This document shows positions 1-13,000 of a DNA stretch of 64,000 nucleotides, piece after piece. Both the position numbers and the translations under genes were made by a program. The stretch's first letter is position 1. Every line of letters begins with the position of its first letter. Under the pieces are notes generated by a model. That model worked only from the letters and a program-made list of their open reading frames with translations, was not told the DNA's origin and did no database searches. The stretch is from contig JAQGDQ010000244.1 of NCBI GenBank assembly GCA_030141605.1, forward strand, positions 62,001 through 126,000. Direction: 5' to 3'. This stretch comes from Tubiluchus corallicola (lineage: Eukaryota; Animalia; Priapulida).

Positions 1-1032
1 TCATTGTAATTATATGCTAATTTATGTTACTATTAGAATAAACGTTACTATATAAGAGTATAAATAATTTGCTCTGTAAGGTAGAATTCAGGGATTATTA
101 ATGTACTATAGATTTCACTGTAATTATATGCTAATTTATGTTACTATTAGAATAAACGTTACTATATAAGAGCGTAAATAATTTGCTCTGTAAGGTAGAA
201 TTCAGGGATTATTAATGTACTATAGATTTCATTGTAATTATATGCTAATTTATGTTACTATTAGAATAAGCGTTACTATATAAGAGCATAAATACTTTGC
301 TCTGTAAGGTAGAATTCAGGGATTATTAATATGCTATAGATTTCACTGTAATTATATGCTAATTTATGTTACTATTCGAATAAACGTTACTATTTAAGAG
401 CATAAATAATTTGTTCTGTAAGGTTGAATTCAGGGATTATTAATGTACTATAGATTTCATTGTAATTATATGCTAATTTATGTTACTATTAGAATAAACT
501 TTACTATATAAGAGCATAAATAATTTGCTCTGTAAGGTAGAATTCAGGGATTATTAATATGCTATAGATTTCACTGTAATTATATGCTAATTTATGTTAC
601 TATTAGAATAAGCGTTACTATATAAGAGCATAAATAATTTGCTCTGTAAGGTAGAATTCAGGGATTATTAATATGCTATAGATTTCACTGTAATTATATG
701 CTAATTTATGTTACTATTAGAATAAACTTTACTATATAAGAGCATAAATAATTTGCTCTGTAAGGTAGAATGCAGGGATTATTAATATGCTATAGATTTT
801 ACTGTAATTATATGCTAATTTATGTTACTATTAGAATAAACTTTACTATATAAGAGCATAAATAATTTGCTCTGTAAGGTAGTATTCAGGGATTATTAAT
901 GTGCTATAGATTTCACTGTAATTATATGCTAATTTATGTTACTATTAGAATAAGCGTTACTACATAAGAGCATAAATAATTTGCTGTGTAAGGTAGAATT
1001 CAAGGATTATTAATGTACGATAGATTTCACTG
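1..1032. repeat. Intronic tandem repeat, 114-bp unit, ~9 copies (continues past the left edge)
   Basis: Unit starting tca(t/c)tgtaattatatgc recurs at 1, 115, 229 ... 1027; it ends ~40 bp before the acceptor at 1070-1071. Confidence 0.97.
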
Positions 1033-1071
1033 AATAAATGTCACTACTGATTCTTACTTTTTATAAACCAG

Positions 1072-4000
1072 CAATGACATGCAATTGAGAGCCTTCTGGA
1101 GAGCAGTAAGCATTGAAAGACCCTGGAACAGAGGTGAAGTACTACTCACAGGTGCAACGGGCTTTCTTGGAGCGTTTCTGTTACGCGACTTATTGAAACA
1201 CACAAAGGTATTGCTACATCAGCGAAATGTTGTGTATGTGTATACAGACGTTTGTATGAAAAATTTGTTTAAAAAATTTATTCTTCAAAGTAATTTCAAA
1301 TAAAATCTGACTTTAAAGAAAAACTATTATCAACACAGCTACGGCCAAATCACGTCGAAAACACCGGTTCTCGTCTGATCACCGAAGTTAAACAACGTAG
1401 AACCTGGTTAGTACTTGGATGGATGACCACCTAGGAATACCAGGTGCTGTAGGCTTGCAGTTGCCCACACTGTATCTCAACACTAGGCGGAGGAGCTGCG
1501 CAAGCAGCCAACGGCTAGAGGGCGGAGGAGGTCAAGTGACCCAACGGCCATGTGTAGAGGAGTAAACCTTCCAAATCAGGAGTGGAGCCCCGAAGGCGGA
1601 CCAGTGCAGCATGATCACTCACTCTGGCAGCTCCTGCAGCCAACCTGGTGCCAAACGTATCGCTCCGCTTTCCTTTGGACTACACCAGCGAGGAAGAGAG
1701 GGGGGTTCCTGTTGTCTGGGTAACTCAGGATACACCTTGCCCAGGCATGCACCCTGGAGATGTTCAAGGATTGCACTACTCAGCCACAGTCGACGCTGCA
1801 GCTCCATCAATGTGATCAATAACTGACTCTCTTGGCGCACACTCCATTGTCTTCCGAGACAGAAGGATGGCAAGAACTAATTATCAACAAAAAGAGAAAG
1901 GCTATATTTTACATCTCTGTGTATCTTTTGTTTATTATTGTAAGCAAGAAAATAAGGTTTTTCAAAAAACGACAAGACCTCAGTGAATGTTGAAGCAAAC
2001 CTGCTTTTTACTTTTGTTCTCAACGTCACTGTCTAAACTTGTTTGTAGGTTTATGTGCATTGCTTAGTACGTGATACTCCAGAACACAACGACATACGCC
2101 AGCGATTAGAAGCAAATCTGAAGAGTTTCGGCATTTTAGGTTCTGAGGAGGAAATCCAAAGATTTCAGTCTAGAGTCGGTCTGATCAAAGGTATCTGAGT
2201 CTTTTTGTTTATTCAATCTATTAATCATTTTTATTTTATTTTTATCTATTTTATTCTGAACACATGCATTTTTGTCACAAAGTTTTAAAAATGAAATTCT
2301 TTATTAATTCAGGCTTATTACTTTTAATACGTATATTGCACGCTTGCGCAGCAAAATCGTCGGCAATTAAGCTTTCCTAGTTATTCACATGTCCTGAATC
2401 TCCATTTCATGAGGATCATTTTTTGTCCTGAGATAATCCATGTTGAAGTTGAGGTGCAGGCTGCACACTGAAAACATAACCTTGAGAAAATCACTGCTAA
2501 GTCAGCCATTGTTTTTTGTCGCGTCTCTACAAAACACTTAGCAACCTCATAAATTTTGGTTGCTATGGATTTTACAAGAGCAAATTGAAGTTATGTTTAA
2601 ATCCAGTAGATGGCTTTTTCTGACAAAGATCTGGTCTTATCAACAGAAAAAACCCGAAGCAAAATGGCTGCTTCTACGATCTACAATCGGAGTTAGGAAA
2701 TACAATTTTTTTTACAATTGCAGTAATAGTTTCTAGATAGAAAAGTGGGTAAAGAGTTTTAAAATTAGATTTTTAGTATCTTTTGGACCTTTTCCTGATA
2801 ATTTGATGCTAGAATATAAAAGTCCAATATATTTAGCATTTGTTTTCATAAAAAATAAAAAATCGACATTTTACCAAATTTTTAGTGCATTGTACTTTCA
2901 AGCATCATAACGTAGTTTTAAAAATGTCGATTTATGGACTGTTTTAGTTTGCAAACACACAATTCATAAATGAACAGAGAGTTTATCATGGTGATGTGTT
3001 TAAGAAGAAAAAAGCAGTACATAATGTTGGACGTACAGACAACTCTTGTTGATAGGTGACGTCTCACTCATGAACCTGGGTTTGTCTGATGGTGATTACC
3101 TGCACTTGTCTTACGCTGTTGATTACATAATTCATGCAGCTGCTTCCGTCAATCTCATTTATCCATATAAGGTGATGAAGTTTTACGTAAAATGTATGCT
3201 AACATTTGTTATTATTAAGTAGGTCAAAGCCAGTTGTTTTTTTCATCTTTTCAATATACAGTAGGTGCCGTTTATTAGACTCACGGTTAATGGAATCACT
3301 CGTTTATTGACTCAAGAATGTCTGGAACCGGCCGCTCCTATTAAAATGTATATAAAAAGTGTTTGTAATTGAGTCAAATAACTCTGCATAATTTACTCAA
3401 TATTTTTACTTCACATACTTAAAAAATAAGACACTTATGTGTGACCAAAGAGCTTTTATTGCTTTTATGTCATCTTTACGTCGATTCTGTGCACTATAAT
3501 ATACGTAGAAACAGTCACGTTAAGTACAGCTTAGTTTGTAAGCAGGTACAGTATGTGTATCATATACACTAATATACCAGCGTAGCGGTTTTGCTTTGAA
3601 TCTGTCACCCGCTTGTTCATTAATTAACCTCATTAATTAACAATTCAATTAACCTCATTGTATCTGGAAGCTAAACATTTAATCACTTGCCCAGCGTTTA
3701 CTTTTGAAGTTCCTGCTGCTTTTCACAGGACAAACAAGGTCATCACCAACTGCAGCTAAAGCACTAGGTGATTAGGTGTTTTGTAGATGAATATGTACAG
3801 TATACTGCAACAGATTTTCAATGTTTTTATGGATTTTGCATGGATTTTATGGATTTTGCATTTTACCGACATTGCATGGATTTTTGTAATTTTTAGTGGA
3901 AACAATCAGATTTGTGCGACCTTTTTTTATTAATTCACTTATGTAAATTAATAGTCTTAAATAACTGCACATATGAACTTCGTTTGTAAAATTCATTTAA

Positions 4001-7000
4001 AGCCTCTGCAATGCAAACTAAGGTGACGAGTCATTATACTTTTGTGATAGTACTAGGCTACACTCGTCAGTTAATTGAATCGGCTAATTGGGTCAAGACA
4101 CTTCTGTTAAAAAGTGAATCTATTAAGCGTTGCCTACTGTATTCAGTGACATTACTGTGAAAAATACAATTGGTTTTTTTGCTTTCTTGATTTCATAATT
4201 TATGATCTTTACAGTTTTTGAAGTTGACATTTATTTTTTTCTGTTTAAAAGGCATTGCTTGGAGCAAATGTGCTCGGCACAGTAATTGTTATAGCATTTG
4301 TTCAGTAAGAAGGGGTGTATCAAGACTTTACGTTCGGTCCCACCCATCTCTATTGTAAATTTATGTACTGAGGTGATTAAACAATTACTTGTGGTGTATT
4401 AGAAACACTGTTAACCTAGTTTCTATGTGGTCATTATTAATTATATGTATTTACATAGCGCTTATGTTGAAGTTGGCTGTACAACTGCTTGTTGTGCATT
4501 ACCTTGCACCTGTTCATTATGTGGCACTTATATAAAATCTGCTCTCAATAATTGCCTATGGTGTGTTACAAAATGTGCCCTTTATACCAATAGTGATGAC
4601 TCATACTTCTACAGTAATAGCTAATAGGCTACACCCATCAGCTTCTGTCCAAAAGTGAGTCTATAATTACTATAATTACTGTGGAAAAATACAATTGTTT
4701 TTTTCTTGTTTTCTTGATTTTATGATTTAAAATCTTTACAGTTTTTGAAGTTAATGTTTATTTTTATCTGTTTAACAGGCATTGCATGGAGCAAATGTAT
4801 TCGGCACAGAGAACATTATAGCGTTTGCTTGCTTTCATAAGATTAAACCTTTGCATTATATCAGGTATGTAAAGTTCCCAATTATTTGTCTTAGAAATAT
4901 CTTTATACCAAGATGTAAAATAATAAAGCTATTTAACAATATTATTTTTATTACAGGCACTTAAAAACATTTATAGTTAAAAAACACAACTTTATTAAAG
5001 GTTTTACATTAAAAAGTTAAAATCATGTCAAACGTTTCGACAGAGCTACTGCTGTCATAATCTGTGATAAATTTGCAAACATACAACCATATTATATAGG
5101 CAGAGCCTATTATGCACTAATTAAGCAGTTAACAGAAGCCAAATAGGTATTGAATAAGCAGACCAGTAAAGAAATTGATACAGTATCTTAAGCACTAACT
5201 AGCTTCAATCCAGCATTAGTGAACATATTTGTGCCTCTGGCCACAAAGATGATTTTAATAATTTTAGCATTGTGACCAGAGCACATCTGGGACATCTTAA
5301 TAAAAGAAAGTTTACCTATGTTCCCTAATAAAGCTTCTCTTAATGTACAAAGCAGTTCAATACCTTTAACTTTATTTCCAAACGCTTAGCTATTTGTGAC
5401 TGTATCAATTTCTTTTCTTCAGGTCTGCTTAATCATTCATTACCTATCTGGCTTTTGTAAATACATAATTAGTGCTTAAGTTACTGTATCAATTTCTTTA
5501 CTGGTCTGTTTATTCATTATCTACTTATCTTTTGTTAATTACGTAATTAGTGCATAATAGGCTGTAACTATATAATCTGGTTGTATGATTGTAAATTTAC
5601 CACTGATGATGACAGCAGAAGTTTGTCGAAACGTTTGGCATGATTTTAACTTTTTAATGTACAAGTTTTAATAAAGTTGTGTTTTTTGAACTATAATAGT
5701 ATAATAATAATAATAATGTATTCAAAAGCAAAATAAGAGTCTTGTTCAGCATTTAGTTAATAATAATAATAATAATAGTAACAATAATAATAATAATAAT
5801 AAATAAAATGAAAGTTTAAAACATGTCATCTGAAACTTCATTGTTCCGACCTCGTGTTCTCTCTCTCAAGTTCGTACTTACTTTGTCCTGAGGTGCCGCC
5901 GCATCATTCAAGTAAAATGTGCCACTAATTCCGGACACTATACCAACCTGGCTCGAAGTACAAACATGTTCATCACATTTTCCTCGTACATATTGTTCGT
6001 TACCGCCTTGCATTTCGCAGTTTGACTAATTACGCATTTTGTTCAATTTTACTAGCACTAATGCAGTGTTTCCTCATGGCGTAAAGCAATGTAATGAGAA
6101 TGCAGACATGGAGCAGTATGCGAATCAGTTACATGATGGTTACTCTCAATCCAAGTGGGTTGCTGAACAGCTAGTGTTAACTGCTAAGAACAGAGGTCTT
6201 CCTGTGTCCATTTACAGACTTGGTTAGTATAGCCATGTATATTTTTGGTTTTAGAGCATGAAATTATCTCAGCATATCTCTATTTTTTCATCTCTGCTAG
6301 TTTAGGTTAAGAATTATACATACAGTCATATATCGGTTTGCCGGACCTCGCTTTTACGGATATTGGAAAAATCGGACAAAATCTGGTCCGTTAAAAGTCC
6401 TGCATACTACGGACACAGTCAGTTGTTTTGCTGGCTGACCGCTAGTTGGCGGGCGATCACTTTGTTTACATCATTACATCGGTGCAATCAAGCAGCGCGT
6501 AATGACACGTGTGAAGCTTGTCTGTCTGGAGTGGCGCGCACTAGATATTTTTGAGACAATTAGACGATTGATTATACATTACCGTGAGTCTAATGCACGG
6601 CGCCTACTGTATTAGCTTAGAAACGGTAAAGACGGATAATCGGCCAATTCGGTGTCTCCCCGATTTTGTCCGGCAAACCGAGATATGAGTGTGATTGTAA
6701 AATAGTCTGGATGGAGTCTGGTTCAGATCAGTATGACTCAAGCCCATTTTATAACCTTTTGCATCCCTAATCTCTTATCCTGGCTTATCCCGATTCATAT
6801 TCTGACTCAGAATTTTTGCATTTCTTTTTGCTTATATTTCAAATTTGTTGCACTGCCAGTCCTTATCAACATTCATTTGCAAAATTATTTACTACTTAAT
6901 ATTACTGCATTGTGCAAACCTACCTATTAATTACCCTTGTGTATACAAGTAGTGCAATTACACACTTGTATTGTTCTTTAACTCGTCCCTAGATGGCAGA

Positions 7001-10000
7001 CAAAAAAATTGCTCAGTCACCATAGCAACGTCAACTTTAGCAATGCCTATTCCGGCAGCCTGATGTTAGACGCTACAGCAGGACAATGAACATAGCAGCT
7101 GCCAACAAACGCCATGGCAATCCTTTGTTCCAACTAAGCTGTGGCTTGCTGCTGCGTGAAATTTTGCGCATTTGTTTTTACAAATATCATTAGCATACAA
7201 AAAGTTTACAAAAATAACATATTCCGGTTGGATATTTCATTAGCTGTTTAAAGATGCTGGCTGTTCTTCTTTAAGTAGACAAATAATTTAACTACTTGAG
7301 AAAAATCTGTCTATACCCGATGAACAAAAGAGTGTAAATACACTAAATAAATTTACAGAAAACGCACAAAACCCTAAAATGATCTTGACATAAAAATGTG
7401 ATCATTACAAAGCTTAAGAACCCCACTTAATAGACCCGTTGGCTATTTTTACCTGCAAATACTCGTAGGAAAATTAACGAATGTTGTGCAAAAAGTACCA
7501 GTTCTGCAGGAAAATGACCAATCAAAGAAAACCAGACTTGAATTGAAACTGAAGACTGCTGCATGTGACTGCCAAGGCCAGGGATGAGAATGACAAATTG
7601 CAAAAACTCTGAAACAAGCCGGGGCTTTTGGGGCCACCTAGGCTCCAATGGGGTTCGAAGGGGCAAAACCCCCTTGAAACCAGCTACAAATTGCAATTTT
7701 GTGACCATAGAGAACCTCTAAGTGGACTTAAAATATCAATTACCTTGTTTCATGCATAATTTAAAATACCCAACTATCAAGGATACATGATACCTAATTG
7801 TCTCAAAAGCACCCAAGTACTGGCCGCTCCTATGCAAAAGTTTATAAAAACTGTCTGCAATTGACTCAAATAACTCTGCACAATAGATTTTACATTTTTA
7901 TACCTAGAGACATACACGTGGTTACACTGATGTACGTGATGTAAACAAAGTGACGGCCTGCCAACTAGCGGTCAGCTTGCGAAATAATGTACTGAGTCCA
8001 TAAAACTTTTCTCAACGAATTTACACGATTTAGAATAATGGCACTACTGGTCTTCCAAAAACTTGGAATTTTGCGTATCAGCGGAAAATTCTCATCCCTG
8101 CAATGGGCAACAAGTTAATCAGGCACAACAGTGAAATTTCTAATTGCACTATTTGCAATCTCATGCCTGTGTAAAATGTTTTAGGTAATTTAGCCGGTGA
8201 CTCTCAGCAGGGATACTGGAATCCACTAGACTTCACTCTGCTCATGATACGAGGTTGCATCGATGCGGGCCTAGTGCCGACCATAGATTGGAACATAGAA
8301 ATGACACCCGTGAATTTTGTTAGCGAGGTTATTGTGAGTCTCACTCAGAACATACGAGAAAGTTTGAGCAAGATTTTCCATATTGTCAATCCGAAAACTG
8401 TCAGCTTAAGGTAACTTTGTTCACCTGATTTGCATTTACGCTCAGCATCAAACGTTCGAATTCGATTCGAATGTAAAATTATGGATTCGAATAATTCGCT
8501 ACTTCGACTATGTACGTTCTTTATCATTGAAACATCGTGCAATCAGTACAGCTGCGATTTCGGTGCACAATTTTTACACAATTATTGGTGTTTTTACTGT
8601 TGAACAAAATGAAGTAATATGCACATTCTTTGCGAGACCACTTTTTGTTAGTGATTCGAAACTCCTGAAACTGAATTCAAATTCGAAAATGGTAAAACTC
8701 CGTTTAATTTGAGTTGAAAGTCACAAATTCCATTCGAATTCTCTTTCTAGTGAACATAGACATAGAACATTTATTTTCTCCAATTAGTTTAACATCAAAA
8801 GTTTTTTAAATATTAAGTAATTATAATCATGGAGCAGGGCAGGGAAGGACCATGGGGTCATCTAGTCTCCTGCTCTTTCGTATAGATTAGTATATTAAAA
8901 ATTAACGGTGATGCTACAGATAACAAAAACAAATAAGAAAAAATAATAAGAAAAACAGTATAAATGACACAAACTATCCAAAAAGAACTGAAAACAAAAA
9001 ATAATAAAGTTGGATACCAAAATCTAAACAAAACAATACAATTACTCCGTAATTAGGATCAGTAATTAGGATTATTATATACAGTAGTTTCAAATGGGGT
9101 CTTATTAACAGGGGAATTTGACCAAGGTTAGTGAGTAAAGTTAAAAACTGAGAGTATGGAAAGAAAAAAATAAGCATCAAAAAAGTGTAATACAGAAAAA
9201 TTTATGAGAAAAAGTAAGTATGAGAAAGAGCAACAATTACTTAGGAGATGAGGAGAAAAAAAGAAAAAAACTTGCTAGCATGCTTATTAGTCTTACAAGT
9301 TATGTGATGTCATGTCAAGTCACTAGTGAAGAACACTTGCGCCTAATTTATGTCGCTTACTTTAACCTACTGTAAAAGAGAACCACTTAGGAAAATCTTT
9401 TAACATGAAAGGGGTCGATTTGTGAATGATTCGTTTGCTTCTCACATCAGGTGTAGGAAGGTATCACAAGGAAAGTGTCGTCACACTAAATACTTGAAGA
9501 CGCAAGTTTGCAATTTTTGAAAATAATGTGTTTGTAAACATTACAACAAAGTACAAAGCCACACCATGTGATTTTTCCAGCACATTAGCTGAGTATGCCT
9601 TTGAGTAATTACTTACTCAGTTTGAGTGTGATTGACTAAGTATTGTTGTAGGTGTCTGAGTACTCATTTCATTGGTTTTTTTTCTGCATATAACATGAAA
9701 TACATAACCTGTTATTATGGTGTAATTAAACCTGCTTTTGTGTGGAATTTAGTTTTAAATCTGTCAGTAAGAAGGGGTGTATCAAGACTTTCCGACGCCC
9801 TCGGCTGATAGTTCTGTCCTGCCCTCATCCCTATTGTAAATTTATGGTTATTTATGTAATGAGGAGATTAAACAATTACTTGTGGTGTATTAGAAACACT
9901 ACTAACCTAGTTTCTGCGTGGTTATTATTAATTACATGTGTATCCATAGCACTTATGTTGAAGCAAGCTGCACAAGTGGTTGTTGTGTAATGCCTTGCAC

Positions 10001-13000
10001 CTGTTCATTATGTGGCACTTATATAAAGTTTGCGCTCAGTAACTGCCTGTGGTGTATTATAAAACATGCCTTTTACATGAACATGAAAGTATACACATTT
10101 CCTGAGGAGAATAAGAATTTTTTCTAAAATTTGACGCCCTAGGTTTATAGCCTAGTTAGCCTATTGGTTAATACGCACCTGTGAGTGAGGCTGAAGAATG
10201 GTTTCAGCACTTACTTTGTAACATTACTACTGATTTGTCTGTATTTATTCGTAAAGCAACTGATACCAAAAGCTGATTGCTCTATTCTCTTAGCCAGTGC
10301 TGACAGTGTTTACCAGGTTTTCATTTTACACAACAGGTGGCTGACATATTGGCTAAAAAGTCAGGGTTACGAACTTGAAAGTGTTTCGTTCTCCGACTGG
10401 ATTTCTCACATAAAAGCTTTGCAGCAAAAGAATCAGGATAATAAAGAACTAGAGCTGTTGTGTAAATTATTAGACGGTATGGTAAGGTAAGCTGTTTTTC
10501 ATTGTTTACTGTTTTGTTTACAAGAAAATCATATGTGTGCTTGCAAACCAAAACAGTCCGTAAGTTGGCATAGTTAAAGCTACGTTATGATGCTTCAATG
10601 TGGAATGTGCCAAAAATTTGGTCAAATGTCAATTTTTTGTTTTTTTATAAAAATGCACGATAAATGTGTTGGACTTTTATATTCTAACATCAAATTATTA
10701 AGAAAATGTTCAAAAAATACTAAACATCTAATTTTATAATTCTGTACGCATTTTCTTTCTAGAAACTAGTACAGCAATTGTAAAAAACGTGTATTTTCAA
10801 ACTGCGATAGTAGCTTGTGGAAGCAGTCATTTTGCTTCAGGTTTTTCCTGTTGCCAAGCCAACATCTTCATCAGGAAGAGCGCACACTTCCATATAGTCT
10901 GAACAAGTGTTACCTCCTCCACAAATGCTTAGCGAACGTGTTAAAACATTTTATCATTTCTCTGTACCGACCATCAGTTTAAATCGTAATTATGAAATAC
11001 TAACGCCCACTGCAACTCTCATTAAGTATTAGCAATATTTTGTTAATTTTTTTCTCACTACTAATTCTAGTGGCCTAACATAAACTTGCTTCGTAGGTCT
11101 CTAGCACAGAATTCAAGAATTATATCTTAATTTTGTTGTTTTGACAGAAATTTGATTATCAATGTACTTGTAATGCACAAGTATTTGTTTATTATATGAA
11201 ATAAATCTACTGAACTGATAGGTCTTCCAAAAATAGAATTCGCACTTTCTTGAGAATATGTATGATCTTTGTAAGATCAATTTTTACTGGTGGTTCAAAA
11301 ATCTTAAAATCTTTCAAAATGAGTTCCAATTTCCCATATACTGAAATTCAGTTCGATTCGAACTTGCTTTGTGGTAGAGAATGCTCACCCTTAGTATCAA
11401 CACAGAAAAATTATTTGAGCAAAATTCTAAGTTTTCTATTTTGAAAATCCAGCTTCTTTACTTGAAGTGAAAAACATGTCTGTTCATCTTGGTGACAGTT
11501 TTGTTAGCATTAGCTTCAGTATATCAATATTTGGTAAACTATTTTTAATATACAGTAAGCTCCGCGTAACTCAATGTGTATATATACCTGTTTCCAGTAA
11601 TTAGGTGATACGCAGGCATAGAATCTGCAATTACATATATCAATACTGTTTTTTTGTGTAGCAGGATAATAAAACTTAACTAACTATATTACAATAGTTT
11701 GCTTGACTTCATATATTTATATACTTGCTTTTAGATAAATTTGGATTCAATAGTTAAAGGACAAGAAAAGGGGTACCTGAAGTAGGTTTTAGAAAAATCG
11801 CTATATACTACTTTATAGCAATTTTGTGCGTATATTGTACTCGCGTTAAAAGGCATTTTTGTTTGTTTTCATCTAAAATCTTCCGCAATACTGTTCTGAT
11901 GTCGCCATTACATGACGTCACTACTCAAACGTAAATCAGGGGAAAGGCAATGCTAAATCATCTCCCAAAAAGCTTTCCATGCAAATCTATATTACGTAGC
12001 GTTTTGTTTACTTGCTGGAAAGACTTATGTAACTGGAAATAATAATTTAAAATGTTCGTGCCAATTAGTAAAATGTCGCTGGCTCACCCTCTGTGATGCG
12101 CGACTCACTATCCAAAAAATATATCTTGAATCTTACAAAGTAAGTTAAAATTTTACTTAGTTAGTAACTTGTGTGCTACAAATGCTCTGATTATTTTTTC
12201 AAACTTCATGAAATGTTATCTAAACTTGTTTCAAATGAGCTACCATTAAAATGGCTGCGCCTAACGGTCATCGCGGGAATTTAAATTTACACGTTTTATA
12301 CAGCATTACTGCCGATGCAAGCCCTGCATGCAGAAAGGCAGTATGTAAATGGTATAAAATTTTAAGCTTTATGTAAGCAGAGTGTTTCCTTATGCTTTAA
12401 GCTCTCACTCAAAAACACAGTAAGAGAAATGATCCATTTTTTGTTTTTTGCAGGGATGGACCCTCTTTTCCACCACTTTCATCCTTCAATAATGACAACT
12501 TCATGTCTGCATTAACTTCTTTAGAAAGGAAATACCCCACAGTGGGTAGTGAGTTACTACAAATGTACGTGAGGAGTTTAGCAGAGAGAGGAGTCATTGA
12601 GAAACCGAACAAAATTAAACGTAGGTTTTCTTGTTCTGTTTATGCATTATGATGTTCAACTTTGCAGTTGTATCAAGTAGAGGTGAGCATCGAATGTTCG
12701 AGTTTGATTCGAACCAGTTTTTCTAGTTCGAATTCGATTCGAACCTAAAATTAAAGATAGGAATGATTCAGCACTTCAACCACGTATGTTCTGTATCATT
12801 AAAGCGTATTAAAACTAGAGGATCTCGAAGATTTAAGCATATGAAGAGCACCCGCATTGCTGTTTGCCAGGAGGCAATTTCTAACACATTTAACAATAAG
12901 AACTCCATGCAGTGTCAAGCAGTTGTTTAACATTTAGAACGTTATATTATTTGAATTATACTAATTTAAGAATTGTTCCTTTAATCACAAAAGTATAACT

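Noticed and set aside
1338-1456. Functional 5S rRNA gene
   Set aside because: Substitutions in conserved positions, no oligo-T terminator, single intronic copy inside a TSD-bounded element.
2191-2200. U12-type intron donor (gtatct...)
   Set aside because: Does not match GTATCCTT; all introns assembled here look U2-type despite the nearby SNRNP35 gene.
5816-6013. 65-aa minus-strand ORF in a GC-richer intronic patch
   Set aside because: No recognisable motif or exon chain; cannot be supported as coding.
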